Assembly (NCBI RefSeq): GCF_036321535.1
Contig: NC_087437.1
Location: 83,702,001 to 83,766,000, forward strand
Source of the DNA: Camelus dromedarius
Taxonomy: Eukaryota
Direction: 5' to 3'
DNA: 64,000 bases
A program made the position numbers and the translations under genes. Below are positions 13,200-27,820 of this stretch, piece after piece. Each line of letters begins with the position of its first letter. The stretch's first letter is position 1. Under the pieces are notes generated by a model. The model was not told the DNA's origin. It saw only the letters and a list, made by a program, of their open reading frames with translations, and searched no databases.

Positions 13200-14080
13200 C
13201 ATACAGTTTTTTAAAAAAAAGGATTCAAATTATACAGAACTACATAGTATAAAATATATTAGCTCCTTTTCATCCCTTTCCCAGTCAGTATCAACTGATG
13301 AGCTTGGTGAATATCATACCAACTCTGTTTCAGCATATTCTTCTTCTTTATTTGTAATGTAGTTTTTAATTCAAAACAGATCAGAGCATCAGATATTTGA
13401 GGAGTTTAAAGAGCCTCTGCAAGCAACAGATTCATGAACTGAATGAACACACACAAGTTTATGTAAAAAAATATTATGCTCAAAATTTAAATTTCTAATA
13501 TGCTTTTAATTTCTTCCTTGCATACTATGTTCTAGAGATCTTTCCAAGTCAATCCATGAAAATTGGCTTCATTATTTTTAATATCTGCATAATATTTCAT
13601 AGGATGAATGTATAATTATTCATGTAAAACTACAGTATTAGAGAATACTTAATTTACATTCAATTTTCTCTACATAAACAATGATGCTATCAATATCCTG
13701 TGCATAAGTCTGTTCTCATGTGAAAGTATTTCTGTAGGCAAGAGTTGGCTAAAAGTTGCAAATTGAAATTTTGAGATACTGCCAAATGCTCTTCAAAACA
13801 GGTTTATCAATTTATACCCCCACCTACAGTGTATGAAAGTGCTTACTTCTACTTATCACTGCCAGCCCTGGATAGTATAAATCTTTTTAATTTCTGCTAG
13901 TCCGAGGGTTGATAATACAATCCTGTTGTTTTAGTTTGCATTTTTCTGATTACTAGTGAGGTTGAACAGCTTCTCATATGTTTACTGTCATTTGCATTTC
14001 ACCTTTGGTGAATTCCTCTTTCTTTTCTCAATTTTTTCCTATTTGGCTATTTGTTTTTTTCTTACTGATCCATGCACCTA
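13200..14080 (-). mobile_element. Ancient L1 (L1ME-like) 3' region
   Basis: gatactgccaaatgctcttcaaaacaggtttatcaatttatacccccacctacagtgtatgaaagtg...gtttgcatttttctgattactagtgaggttgaacagcttctcatatgtttac. Confidence 0.82.
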
Positions 14081-14447
14081 GTATCTTACCATTTTTGTCT
14101 TTACCTACTTACTTTTGCCTTTTATGAATCATGATGCTGATTCTGTATACTTTTCCTATGCATGTGTGTGGTAGAGCAGTTACAAAAAGCACCAACTTAA
14201 TAGATTTCCATTATAAAAGTAAAAATACAAAGACTTTTTATTCCCTCATTTTGTAGAAAGTACTTTTAATTTAATGTCTCCTTTTATTTTAAACACCTCA
14301 GTGTGTGAAATATTTGGAAACTGATATGTAAACAAACCATGCTGATATAAACTCATGTCTTGGCATTTTTAGTCAAATGCTTACATCTGAAATAACTGAT
14401 GAGTTGGAGAACTCAACCATTTTTCACTTTTCACATTTGTTGTGTGA

Positions 14448-14560
14448 CTCATTCATTCAGCAACACTCAAGTACCTACACTGCAAACAGTAGAAATATAA
14501 AAATAAATATGTCCTTAGATGCCTGCTTCAAGGAATTGAGAGTCTACTAGAGAGACGCAC
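14448..14560 (-). mobile_element. L2 3' end fragment
   Basis: cattcattcagcaacactcaagtacctac...cctgcttcaaggaattgagagtcta. Confidence 0.6.
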
Positions 14561-15829
14561 ATGTACATGGTTGTTGAGAGACCCCAGGTCCACGTGGTAC
14601 ACCGGGGACCTGGCCTGCCAGAAGTCTGCTTCCACAAGGCTCCTCTCTCAGAGAAAGCACAGTAAGGGATAGGGGAGTGAACATTATGAGCTTGACACGT
14701 TACCAAATCCTTAGATACCAGATAACAGAAGGGCATCTATGTGCCCGTGGCTGTAATTTCTTGGTCCATTCCCATCACTGGGTTTATATTTGAGTTGTCT
14801 GCAGATCTGAGCAGAGAGTGGGGAAGGGGAGCTAAACATCAAAACTGACAGAGGTATTTCATGAAAAGCCTAAAAGATACAAGAAACACTTTGGGAGATC
14901 TGTAATCGAGTATAACTGTATAAGGAAGTTAAAGTGACTCCTCTACCCATTTTGCAACAGAACATCATGCAGCAACATTCCCCAAAGTAGGTTGTACTGA
15001 AAATAAATTGCCGATGGCAAGCAAGAAAAAGACTGTATGGTCAAATATCTTTGGGTCACAAAGGGTTAAACAAATGTCTTAATGTTGCGCCTTCTGACAG
15101 CCTTTTTAAAATTGATGTCCCTTGGTGAATCAGCCACAGAGAAATACAAACTCAGAATAACTTAAAAACAGACAATCTGTGGGGTGCCCCAGGAAAGCAT
15201 TTCTCAAAGAAAGATGCTTTGGCATTTTGAGGGGTCTGGTACCTCTGTATGTGCCACAGATTACGCTCTACTCACATTCAAGACAAGACGAAGGTAAGAA
15301 ACCAAAATTGCTGAGGTTACTTACTCTTAGATGTATTTAAAAGCAAATGATTGACTAGGGACTGAATTAAACATCTAATTATATTCCAGTTAATGATTCT
15401 TTCATTAAGCATGTGCCGTATTATAGGACATTAATCAGGCATGAGATACTTAAAGTTACTTTTAAACAGCTTCCTGCAACCTTGTTTATCACGCCCACTA
15501 GTACCACAGAATGCATTTCACATATTAGAAGCAGTGATTTATTGGTTTAGGTTCTTTGGGGAACCAATACACTTTGTATACTAGTACACATAGAATTCCA
15601 TGATTATCTTGTAGTTCAGGGAAACTACCTGACTGTGTGTGACTAAGCCCTCCCCATTCCAAATTCCCACTGAAATAAGAAAAGGGATTAAATAGATTCC
15701 AGATTAATTGCTAAAATCTTGGAAGCAGTGGGGCAAGAGAAGTAAAAGAAAGGTAAATTTTCTTCTGAGAGTTGAAAGGGTAGGGATACAAAATATGTTT
15801 TAAAAGCAATTTAAAGGTAACCACTAGTG

Positions 15830-16300
15830 GAAAATGTCTAACTCACTGATGAATAATAGATAAGCAGAGTTACTTTGATTAATGTAGCAAAACTAGGAAA
15901 ATAGGAAAAAATAATTTGGAAAACTAAGATCACAAAGTAACAGTAAGCATATCAGTTACCATAAGAAACGGAGATGTGTTGAATTATTTATTAAGACATA
16001 AAGACTCTCACTGAGTCTCATGCATACATGTCTGTACTCATTCACCTAACTATGTGTTACTTGCAAGACAGATATCCAAAATAAAATGACCCACAAAGGT
16101 TAAATATAAAAGAATATGCAAAAATATTTCCCATCAATCAAAACAAAAGTGAAATTAGGGTTGTACTATTCATATTAAAATGAATGAAAAGAATACTTAT
16201 AAAATTCTGTACATCAAATAGCCATCATCAAGGTACATAAAGCAAAACTATCAGAGTCCTGGGAGAAACAGACAAAACACTATCGTACGGACAATTTTAC
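15830..16300 (+). mobile_element. Ancient L1 fragment, ORF2 endonuclease region
   Basis: ctaactatgtgttacttgcaagacagatatccaaaataaaatgacccacaaaggttaaatataaaagaatatgcaaaaatat...aggtacataaagcaaaactatcagag resembles the start of L1 ORF2. Confidence 0.7.
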
Positions 16301-16414
16301 TTTTCTTAGTTTAAATGCTAGGCTTTCAGGTCAAATGCTAGTAAAAGAACAACTGAATCACCTTCCTGGGATCTTTACCTCCACAGCAGGAGTGAAGCAT
16401 ATTCCATACTTCTT

Positions 16415-16912
16415 GGCCCACATTTTCTAATAGAAATATAATGTGAGCCGTATGTGTAAATTAAAACTTTCCAGCATGCACATTAAAAATAAAATAAAAA
16501 GTTTAAGTTAAAATCAATATATTTTACTAAATCCAATATATTTAAATATTATTATAACATATAATCAATATAAAATGTTAATGAGATATTTTACTTTTTT
16601 CATTCTATGAAATCCAATGTGCATCTTACACATATAGCACTTCTCCATTTGGATGCTAAATTTTCATCAAAAATGCTTGATCTATATTTAAGTACCATAA
16701 AATTTATGATTGGTATCGTAGGATTACATATTCAAGCTTTTCCGAGATTCTTAAATTTTTCACAAGATTGGAATGAGCATCAATTTTTAAATCAAAATCA
16801 AAATTAATTAAAATTAAATACAATTAAAAATTCAGCTTCTCAATCACACAAGTCACATTTCACTGTTCAATAGATACATATGTCTAGTGGTTGCCACTTT
16901 GGATGGCAAAAC
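16415..16912. mobile_element. hAT DNA transposon remnant (Charlie1/MER33-like)
   Basis: ctaatagaaatataatgtgagccgtatgtgtaaattaaaac at one end and gtcacatttcactgttcaatagatacatatgtctagtggttgccactttggatggca at the other. Confidence 0.8.
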
Positions 16913-16929
16913 CTTGGCTAAATTTCCTA

Positions 16930-17990
16930 CTCTCTGAGATGACTATTCCATATATATCCTTTCTTCCTAAGCTGGTTAACACCTCCTACCTTATCCTCAA
17001 TTTTAACTGATTGTATTTCTAACATGATTGATAAAACAAATATCCCGGAGAGAACGTCGACAAACGGGTAGGACCACATCTGGTTCCCATGTACCCTGTT
17101 TTCTTTTCAGTACTTGAGATGAACAGTTCTTACCCCCATCTAAAGCCAACCATTCCTCTTGGGCATTATATTCTATTCTCAAGGATATAATTTCAGGAAA
17201 TCTGTCCTTCCTCTCTTATATCACCTACTTTTACTTTCCATAAAAAAGTTCTACTGACCTCATTTCTCCTTCCAAATGGTGCCTCATTTCTCAGCTTCCT
17301 TCTATAGCAAAACTCCTCAAAGGTTGTCTATACTTCCTGGCTTCACTGTTTCTACCCTCATTTTCCTTTAAATCCATTTCTGTCAAATTTTACCTCTATC
17401 ATTTCACTGAAACTACTCTTTTGATGGCACCAAAGACCTCCTTTTTGCTAAATCCAATGGTCAGTTCTCAATCCTCTTCTTTGATGACTCATTTCTCCTT
17501 GAAATACTTTTTTCCATTTTTATCCCTGGATACCACCCTCCACTTTTCTTCTGCCTTGATGATTATTCCTTCTCACGTTTCTCCTCATCTTCTTCTCAAC
17601 CTCTTAGCTCAGAGTGTCCCACGACTCTTTCATATCTTGGCCACTGATGTGCTAGTAACTCGCAAGTGTACACCCGCAGCTGGACTTCTTCCTTCAACTC
17701 TCACTTTATACATACCTTTCTGTTCAACATCTTCCCTTGGATATATAATTGACACATAAAACTTAATATACCTAAAATCAAGCAATTTTTTCCCCCTCTC
17801 TAACTACTCTTTCATGTTTTCTTCCCTTTTAGGTTGCCTCGGAAGCCTTGGAATTTTCCTTTTTGTCTTTAATTTTTTTTTCTTCTCATCTCCAGTGTAA
17901 TAGAAATGCTATTGGCTCTACCTTAAGAACACACAAAGAATTGGATCACTTTTAATCATTTCCATTTTTTCTTTTTACTCCTGCATACAT
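16930..17990 (+). mobile_element. L2 fragments
   Basis: tttgctaaatccaatggtcagttctcaatcctc; caacatcttcccttggatatataattgacacataaaacttaata; aaatgctattggctctaccttaagaacac. Confidence 0.75.
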
Positions 17991-20807
17991 TTTAGAATTT
18001 AGAGAAGGCAGCCATTCTTTTGCCTTTTAAGCTGAAAGACTGCAGGCTGACATCCATTCTAACAATAATCTATTTTTGATTTAAGATCTAATTTCTCTCT
18101 GTCAGCATTCTGGAAGTTCAATGAAAAGATCTGATGGAATAAATTAGTTTTTGTTCTTATAAGGTATATAGATAAATATTCAGAGATCATAGAGAACAAG
18201 TATTTCATATAAGGTTACTACCTCATGTATCATAAAAGGCATTCCAAAGTTATGCTAGTAAAGTTGCATTCTGTTCTCCTAGGGTCCAAAACAAGAGTTA
18301 TGCTATGTAGATTCTTTGTGTTGTCACTTTCGGTTGGGTCTTTGTTATTCTTTAAACTTCCCATCCAAGGCTTGTGGATTTTGTTTTACCATAAAACCAA
18401 AATTGAAGCAGGTCCCTGACTGCTTTCTGCTCTTCTTGCTGTGAAGTGAATGAATAACAGTACTTCTATTTCTTAGCTCGTCTCCTGCAAAGCACAGGCC
18501 CCAGAGATGGGATTTTCATCTGAATTGAAGCAAGAATCCCCACATGGTTGTGTATCTTGACATATTAGAATCTTGCAAGGTTTTAATTGCTCGTGTAATC
18601 TCACCCTAAATTCTGATGCACACCCCATCTTCCAGCTGAGAATTCCTGGTGAAGTGAGTAAAAAATGGGTTTGTGCCATAGCCTTCAAATAGACTAGGAT
18701 GGGGAAAGATAGAGAACCACAGCTTATAAGGTTGTGGTTTAAAATATGTGCTTTAGATGACAGCAGTGAGTAACAAACAGAGTGCCTGCTCAGCAAATAG
18801 TTTTCCTGTCTCCTTTTAATTGAATCAGTCAGTTATTAGACTCAAATAACCATTTCCTAAAGTGGCTGCAATAAGCAGAAGCCATTGTACTGTACTTCTC
18901 AAGGACTTGATTCAAACTCAGTAATTAAATTTTGCTGATTCCTCTAAGTCACAGGGCCACAATGCTAGCAGAAACCAGCAGAAGCTGGTTCTGTCTAGAG
19001 AAAATTTGTTTTCATCCTCTTTAGGTTGAAAATGCACAATAAGGATCTATTAATTAATACAATAATTAAGTAAATTATTTTATTGCCTAAAAAGGAAAAT
19101 TTTGCATAGCAAGAAGTACCCAAATATTCTTAAAAACTGCACGCTCAAATGGATACAACCAATTGCTGAAAAGAAGTCCATTGCAATTGTTCTTGTGTGT
19201 TATGAAGCATCAGTAAGTGAGCTGGTGTGGATCAATGCAGCCTTATTAAAATCCTTAGGTGGCTAGTAGAATTCAGACAATACGTGCATTTGGTTGGAAT
19301 GCAGTTTCAGATACTTAGAAAAGAAACATGACACTGTTAATATGCTTCCATTACCATTTCACACAGACATCACTTCTTGGGCAATGAATCACTACCTAAT
19401 GATCTAGGTTTTTATTCTTCTCAGTATAGTGTTAGACTTAGCTTTTAGGTTTCCTTCTATTTTTCTGCACACGCATTTTAAGTATAGCTCTTTCTTACAA
19501 AATGCTACTCTTTTCTTTGAAACATTTTAAAAGACTTTTGGAAAAGCTTTTACACTCTACTACTACACAAGCTATATTATTTAAATCGAGAGTAAAATAT
19601 ATTCTTGTTAACAGTAGACAAAGTTATAATTGAAGAATTATTGCAGGAAGCGAGACGCAGTTTTTGTCAGAGCAGTCAGACGTGTCAGGCTAAAGTCGGT
19701 TGAGACGGCCCTGGCCTGCCACTTGGGATGAGACCTATGCTCCTCAGGTCACTCAGAAATGCACTAAGTCTGGAGCAAACAGATTCTTAGGAAGATGGAC
19801 TTGGCCAATGGCTCAGTCTGTAGAGGCCTGTGGAATAAGGTTTACTCTGATTTGGGGGCCTTTCCTTGGGAAAACTTGTTTTGAGGTCCTCATATTGTGG
19901 TAAATCTCTCCTTACATGTGACCTAGAGAGGGACAAATGGTCTCAACCTGAGCCTAACCTGTTTTCTGCCAGATTAGGTTAGGCTGCTGGCAAGACATCC
20001 CAGCACTCCGTTGGATAAACACAGAGAAAGTTTATGCCCCAATAACTAACTAATTTAGCTCCCCTTCCATCAGTGAAAAGTGAGTGGATGAGAATATTAT
20101 CCATTCAAAGCCATGGTTTTATGTCCTCCCCTCGCCTGCTTTGTCTGTAATTTGTTGGAATATTCATAATATTCCCCTTCCTGGGTAACCCCGATTGTGT
20201 CTTCCTCTTCTTTCTCTTTCTCCCTCTTCCTGTCTCTAGGTTTCCCTTCTTCCTTGAAGCTTTTTTTTTTTTAACACCAAGGTTATAGAAATAATGTCTC
20301 AGAAATGAGGTTTTGCAAACCAAATACTTGCAACTCTGACTTTAAAGAAACAGAAACAAGTGATATGGAAGTGGTGTGAGGATAATTAACCTTTAAAGAG
20401 GTTTCTTCAATTAAAAAGTGAATTCTCCACAGGGTTCTGTTAATAGCCTGTCTCCTTAAAGACTTTTTTTTCATGGTCCGACATATAGGCATTTGATTTG
20501 CAGAGACTCAGTTCTGCACACCTCCGAGGTACAGGGGCGTTACACCTGGTGAAGTTCCCATTTCCTTCTCACCACCCAGATCATTTTCACTTTGGAATGC
20601 AAATGCATCAAAGCTGAGGCTTCAGTATGAAAAATCCACTTCAGCAAAATCAATTTTAAGGAAAAATATAGAGTTTAGTTTTTGAGAGGAAGGAATAAGT
20701 TTCTGCTCACACATGACCCTGCGAAAAGTCGCTTATACAAGATGGTAACAAAATCAATCTTATCAGCGTTTAAGGAGGGCTTCTTTTGACATGTTCAAAG
20801 GTATTCT

Positions 20808-20915
20808 TCCCCTCCCTTCCTCCCTTTCTCTTCTAAAGGGTTCCTTCCCCCTCTCCCTTCCTCCCTCTTTTTTTCTTTACTTCTTTCTCCTTTCTTTTTT
20901 TTTCTGTCTTTCCTT
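20808..20915. repeat. Pyrimidine-rich low-complexity (CCTT/CTTT) tract
   Basis: cccctcccttcctccctttctcttc...ttctttctcctttctttttttttctgtctttcc. Confidence 0.75.
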
Positions 20916-23431
20916 TAAAAGTAAAAAACAGCCAACTAGGTGCGCAGCAGGATACTTTCACTCTCCTCCATGTATCTGGCTATTTTGCCCCCACGTGACC
21001 TTCCTGACTTTCAGAGACCTTGCAATTCTTTACTATCTAAATTTCCCCTAACTACTCCCTGACTCCTCTCAACATGTAAAAAGAATTGTAATAAATAAAC
21101 CTCTGGTCTTGAAAGCCAAAAGACCCACCTAATTTGCAGAAATAAGAATAGTCTGGAAGAAGGACTGGTCACAGCACAACACTTTTCAGAGAGAAGATGC
21201 AGGTAGAAAAGCATAGGATTATCATTATAAAGGCAAGAAGTATTCAGCAGAAAGTAGCATTCTTTTGAGTTGGAAGTTGGAGCGTTATTTGGTAGACCTG
21301 TAAAACCACTTTGGATGATTTAATAGGTAAGAACCAGAACCTGGAATTGGAATTGAAAAGACATAATAATTTAATCCCTCTGGCTAGGAAAGGAACAACA
21401 CAATTTTGGATCTAAATTTAATTGGGATTTAACTAGATTCTCTGAAACTTTTCCATTTTTCATCTGGAAAGCATAAAGTTCTCATGCTTTCAGGAACAAT
21501 GATGGACTGCATAATCCAGCTGTGCATGGGGTATCCTAAATCCAGCTCTCAGCAGCCACTGTGGGGCAGTCAAATGTATTCCAACAGAAATGAGAATCTA
21601 AACAGCTTTGCAGTGTGCATAAATAAGGAAGGAGGTTAAACCTTTTGGAAAGAAAATTATCAAAATCATAGCTTCTATTCCTGCTTTTTTTTTTCCTTTT
21701 GATATTGAAAATCTATGCCAGGATTTCACCTTTTGCCCCAAGATTCCTGCTGCAGTTTCTTAACAATTCCCACTGACATAGGGCATTGGAAAAAAAAAAA
21801 GCATTAAATCATTTTGGCCTGAGTCTATCCAAAGTCAAAAGTACTTTAAAGTACTATCTTCCATGCAAACAATACCAAGATTACAGCACGGAGACTTGAT
21901 ATTAAAGAATAATAAGGCAATGTGTGAATTAAGCATATTATATTTGACTTCCATCAAGGACTTTGCCGCTAGCACAATCCAATTGAATACGCTCTCATAA
22001 ACCCAGACTTCCCAACACATAGCTCTCATATACCACTCTGCGATCATGCAACAGCAGACCAGAACAGGCTTTTTCAGAAATATTACAGTGACTGGATAAG
22101 CACTTATCTCACCTGCTTCTTCCTTATGAACATATTATAGAAGTCCACATGTCATCTGTCATTATTCCCTTTCTCCCTGCTGCCCCACTTCCTACCTTGG
22201 CCCAGCCTTTGGGGATGACAGAATTGAGAGAGAGGGGCAGGTGATGACTGAATGGTGTGGCAATTTGTGAACTTAAGTCCCATGTCTCCTGGTCTCAGCC
22301 AGCTTTCGTTTCACAGGAAGCTATTCATGCTATAGACAGGCCAAGTTTAGAACAAACCACGTAAGTGGTTATATTTGATGGGAAAACGGAGTCTCGGGTG
22401 ATAGGCTATAAAAGGTACGGTCAGGGACTAAGTCAACCGTACATTTTTTAATTTTACTTTTACTTTTAATTTTTTAAGCTACCAAGGATCCTGAAAGAAG
22501 CTAAGACCCTCTGGAAGATCCTCCATGATAATTTAAACTTAGGTATTCTTAGAGTTCCTTTGCTATCCTGTAGCTCCCAGATCTGATGAGTGAAACCCTC
22601 ATTTGTGGAAGTCCTAGGAAACCTGAGCAGATGAGTAGCAAAGTCTAGTACAAAAGTTAGAGGAGCCTTCACAAAATCTATTTTGAAGAAAGAAATGGAA
22701 GAGTGTGTGATGTGGTGAGAGACAAAGGACCTCGGCAGACAGCAAATATACTAGAATGGGGTGAGTATACTATATGCTAAAAATTCATTAAGTTAGTAGA
22801 CTTAGCTGAAATCAAAGAGTTTTTTTTTTTTTTCTGTTTAAAACTATCATGAATCACCATGTTGAGTTGCCCATAAATTAGCTGAAAGTGCGTGATCCAG
22901 GCTCTGTATGTTGCAAGACCAGACAGTTGCAGATACACAAGAATCTGCCATTGAGTAAGAAAGGTCCTAACACTTGATATGCCTTTAATCATATCATATG
23001 GCAGTAATATCCCAGGAGACCTGAGAAAGCCATATGGAAGGAAAGATGCATAAGAGACAGAAAAAGTGGTGAAATAGGTGAATCTTATTAGAGATAGCCA
23101 AATATTGTTTTCTACTGTATTGTGTGAACATATCTAAGAAAGGGTTACCTTTATCCCTTTTTGTTTAATTTCTTCCCAGTTTTGGCTAAGGATATCATCA
23201 ACAGCATTTTGAAACCCTTGTGGGAAGCAGTTTTTTACCCTCTGCTTAATTACCTGATAATCTAGCTGTATTCATGGTGTTTTGTGTGGATATTTAGCAA
23301 CATGTTTTGTAATGATAATTATGAAGTATTTTATTTCCCAGCAAATGGGTCAGGCCAATGTTTTCTGCTCTTGTTTGACTGCTGAATATAAGAGCTAGCT
23401 CTTTATTATCTGCAGAAGGGATGGTCCTTTT

Positions 23432-23521
23432 TTTTTTTTTTAATTGAGGTACAGTCAGTTTACAATATTGTGTCAATTTTTGGTGTACAGCACAATGCTT
23501 CAGTCATACATGAATATACAT
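23432..23521 (-). mobile_element. Heavily 5'-truncated young L1 (about 90 bp) with TSD
   Basis: Poly-T followed by aattgaggtacagtcagtttacaatattgtgtcaatttttggtgtacagcacaatg. TSD aagggatggtcctttt (23416-23431) / aagtgatggtcctttt (23522-23537). Confidence 0.88.
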
Positions 23522-23894
23522 AAGTGATGGTCCTTTTGGGTAGGATATTTATTACACAGAAAATCCCCCAACTACATTTCAATATGCCTAAAAACTTGGC
23601 CTTTCATCAAACTTGCTAACAAGTTGCAACAGACGAGTGATTTATTCCCCAGAGAAATAGCCAAAACGCATTAAGGAGAAGGTGGAAGAAGCTGAGAGCT
23701 TGGATAATCCATCAGCTAGTTAATTCACACCTGAATAATTGAGAGTTTGCTTTACAGTTATTGAATATTTATGAAGGTTCCACAATGTGCGGAAAAGTAG
23801 ATGCACCAAGTAAAAACACCAAAATAAAACCAATCTGCACACAATTTATGTTTAATACAGATCTTACTACTTACTTGACTGGAACACACAGAAC

Positions 23895-24069
23895 AGAATG
23901 TGTTTTCAAATATTAGTGTGTAAGAATCATGAAGAAGTTGTGTCTGTTGAAACTGCAGATTTCTAGATAAACCTCAGAGGTGCTGCTTGGGAATCTGCAT
24001 TTCAAACAATTTATCCCAGATGATTCTGAAGCAGGTGGTCTAGACTTTCCTTGGAGGAAATATCACTGT
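23895..24069. mobile_element. MER5-like hAT element
   Basis: aagaatcatgaagaag...aaactgcagatttct...gggaatctgcatttcaaacaatttatcccagatgattctgaagcaggtggtctagact...cactg. Confidence 0.75.
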
Positions 24070-26504
24070 AGGTAGGAACAGGAAAATTTTATTTCCCAGG
24101 AGGCACAAGATAAGAAATCAAAAATACACTGACCTATGAATTGGAGAAAGAGAAGAAGCCAAAAGAGAATGCCTATTTGCATAAAGGAGAGAATAGGTAT
24201 AAAGAAAAAGAAAAAAAGGAAGGTAGATAATATAATCATGGTACCATAAAAGAGCTCAGTATCTTAGAGATCTGCTATAATGCTATGATGTCTGTAATTT
24301 ACTGTAAATTAGTTACTGTAAGTTACACTTTGGAAGTGACCATTTACTGGGATCTTGCAGCTCAGTGATGCCTCACTAGCATTCTAAAAGAAAGCCAGGA
24401 CTCTGGAGAGGGCTCATACACTGATTTAGCTATTTACGCTGGATCAATACCAAAAACTTTACTAATTAGTATAATGAACATCAGAAAAGGAATTCCATTG
24501 GTTAAACTGGTGGATTGTTAACCAGCATAATGGGTTTAGAAGTGGACCCTCACTGGTGAAATTAGTGTCATTAATGATATGTGGATCAGCTAAAATATTT
24601 TAGCAGAGAAGCCTATAGCTAGCCTGTCACTTGAAGGATGGGTGCTAATTTCTCAATAATCCCTAAATGGTTGGGACAGTTAATCTGAAGATGTCCGATT
24701 GCCTGGCCTATAAGGATACAGAATCTTGGCTCTGGGATGTTGTTTAGGCTTCCTTAAGTGATTTTTTTTTTCAGGCAAGACATTTAGGGATACCCTGTAA
24801 GAGTGGAGAGTTAGGACTTGATTTCACAGAATAAATATACTGTATGAATGTCTTGTACCTGCTTGTTAATAAATATTCTTATGATAAATGTTGACACACA
24901 AGGCAGAATTGTTCTGACTTGCTCTAATTTTAACTTGAAGCAAGTTTGTGGTGGTGGTTGCTCATTCTCAATCCCCTCAAGTGTTTTTGTTGGTACAGCT
25001 AGCCACAAAAAGACTTTATGAGTTGTCATGCCTCAAATGGCACAGATTGTGCTTAACACAAATGTAAAAATCACATAAACAAACAAACAAAAGACAAAAA
25101 CTTAATTGGAAGAGACATTTGGTTAACCTTCTCTTGGTGATCTTTCTCTTTTGGGGAAAAAAATTGATAAAGGGAGCTATAGTTTTTGTGCTTTCTGTTA
25201 TCACAAGTGTATTCATTGTTTTGCTCTTTCTGTTCCAAAAAAATAGGGTCAACAGACGCTTGAAAAGAAGGAGTTTCCAAAGGCATATAATTTCTACTGG
25301 GTCATTCACTTCTCTAATTTGCTCCATGAAAAAGAGCAAACAGGAGAAACTGGGGATAGAATTTTGACTTTTCAGACCCTGGTCCACTATACTTTCCAGT
25401 GGGCCATGATCTCTATGTTATTTAAGATCTCATCTAGGCTATTGTCTAAAAAAAAAAAAGATACTTTAAAATATTTGACTGTCTCATTTCTTCCAACCCG
25501 CAAGTAATTGTTGGTTTAAAAAAAAAAGAAAAGAAAAGAAAAGAAAAGCTAATCAGAAAGCTCTAGTTGTGTGTTCCTTAATTTTCCTTGCTTAAATATT
25601 TTGAAGTGATCAGATGCTTCAGCATATCTGCCTAGAAGGGAAGTTATATCAGTTAATACCTTTCACATTTATTTATATATAGGCATTCAGATATAAAAAT
25701 GTTCAAATGTGTTGCATGATAATTTGTTTTTTTCTACAGTGAAACTGAAACTGTAAATGGGAAAATGGAAATGTTGTTTCTATATCTACATATCCCTAGC
25801 AACATCTTTCCGGAGGTGATACTGTACAAAAATAAATTCAGAACATTTAACCAAAAAGCCTTCCATGTTGAATGGTAAAATATCTATGAGGTCATTTTAA
25901 GATTTTAAAGAGTCAAATTATGGAGAAGCAGATTAATTAAGCCATAGACACCGTGAATGTTTAAGAATGTTACTCTAAAATGTCACACTTTCAATAATTG
26001 TAAAAGATTCAGTTGGGTATTCTGTAACTTTTATAATTACATGATTTATTAGACAATGTTAACATGCAGACAGAAAGGGGGAAATATCTATAAATAACTT
26101 TGTATATATTTGCCACAACTTGCCAGCTAATTATCATTTTGAGATATGATGGTTCTGATTAATAAATCAAAAGGGAAACTCAATTATGAATGCAAGCAAT
26201 CAAACTTCATATGCAAGCCAAAATAAACCCGGTATTTGTAAGTCAGAAGAACCCATTAGGGAAATGAATATAGTAGTGTTCCAAGGCTACATTGTGTGGA
26301 AAATAATGCTCTCCTGTTTAACGGAAAGGGGTAGGTAAGAGAATACTTAAAAGACGAACTACTTGGAGTATTGTGTCTGACAACAGGACACTGACTAAAG
26401 TAAAGGGCTCAAGTCGAAAAAGAAATGACAATGTCTTCAGTTCTTTTCAGTTGAGTTCAAGGAATATTTAATGAGTAACAAACTAATTAGTTGAGTCAAA
26501 CTAA

Positions 26505-26972
26505 TGTTATGAGTTGAACTGTCCCCCCCAAATTCCTATGTTGCAGTTGTAACCCCAGTACTTCAGAATATGAGCTTACGTGGAAAGAGAGTTGCTGCAG
26601 ATGAACTTAGTTTAGTTATGATGAGGCCATACTGAAGCTGAGTGAGCCCTTAATTCAATATAGCTGGTGTCCATAAAAAAGGGAGGAAATTTGGACAGAG
26701 AGCCATGAACACAAGAAGAATGCCATATGAACATGAAGGCAGAGATTGGGATAGTGCTTCTATGAGCCAAGGAACACCAAAGATGCCCGCAAATCACCAG
26801 AAGCTAGAAGAGAGGCATGAAACAGATTGTCTCTCAGCCCTCATAAGGAACCAACCCTATAGAGTACTTGATCTCAGCTGTGTAGCCTCCAGAACTGTGA
26901 GACAATAAATTCTGTTGTTTAAGCCACCTGGTTTGGGGTGCTTCGTTGTAGCAACCCTGGCTAACTAATACA
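26505..26972 (+). mobile_element. MaLR solo LTR (MLT1B/C-like), full length
   Basis: tgttatgagttgaactgtccccccaaattcctatgttg ... gcctccagaactgtgagacaataaattctgttgtttaagccacc...ctaactaataca; TG...CA termini. Confidence 0.9.
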
Positions 26973-27544
26973 GGTATAGACATAACAATGGAGACATAAT
27001 CTCCATCCTCAAAGTGCTACAAACAGTTATTCTCATGGAAAAGTTTGTAGAGAATCCTACTGGCAGAGCTTTGTCAGTTAAATAGCAAAAGTCAGGAGCC
27101 TGGAAACAGAAGAAGATGAAAGGGAAAATGCATGTTATCCCCGGGTGGATTTTGACAAGGTTGAAAATGAATAGGGCAGGGAATTCAAGGCATGAAGGTG
27201 CATTCTTAAAATAGTTGATCATGAGATCAGGGTTGGGAAGACAACTGAGGGAAAACAATGTGGAAAAGTGTGCTTATGAGCTACAACAAGAATAGGAAAA
27301 GTGGAGTTAGTAGGAGAAATGAAAGATTAGGTGGTTATAGAATTCTGCTTTAAGGACTTTTTAACCTCTAGATTTGGACAGATATACTCTTTCTGAAGGA
27401 CAAATGTGAGGATGCTGGAACTTTTAACATTTTTAATATGACAATATATGTCTTAATATTAATGAAAAGCATGTAGAATTACCCTTCAATCTTTTCTAAA
27501 AATCATTCTAAAATATTCTAAAATATTTCATACACATTAAGTCA

Positions 27545-27820
27545 CATAAAAACAAACTTATGGTTACCAGGGGGAAGGGGTTGGGAAGGGATAAATTGAG
27601 AGTTTGAGATTTGCAGATAATAACTACTATACACAAAGTAGATAAACAACAGGTTTATACTGTCTAGTATAAGGAACTATATTTAATATCTTGTAGTAAT
27701 CTATAATGAAAAAGAATATGAAAACGAATGTATGTATGTATATGTATAACTGAACTATTATGCTATACACCAGAAATTAACACACTGTAAACTGACTATA
27801 TTACAATAAAAACAAACAAA
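27545..27820 (+). mobile_element. Lineage-specific L1 3' UTR end
   Basis: aaaacaaacttatggttaccagggggaagggg...ggaactatatttaatatcttgtagtaa...actgtaaactgactatattacaataaaaac. Confidence 0.88.

Noticed and set aside
21840..21855. Perfect 16-bp palindrome agtactttaaagtact
   Set aside because: One or two palindromes of this size are expected by chance in 64 kb of AT-rich DNA, and there is no supporting context.
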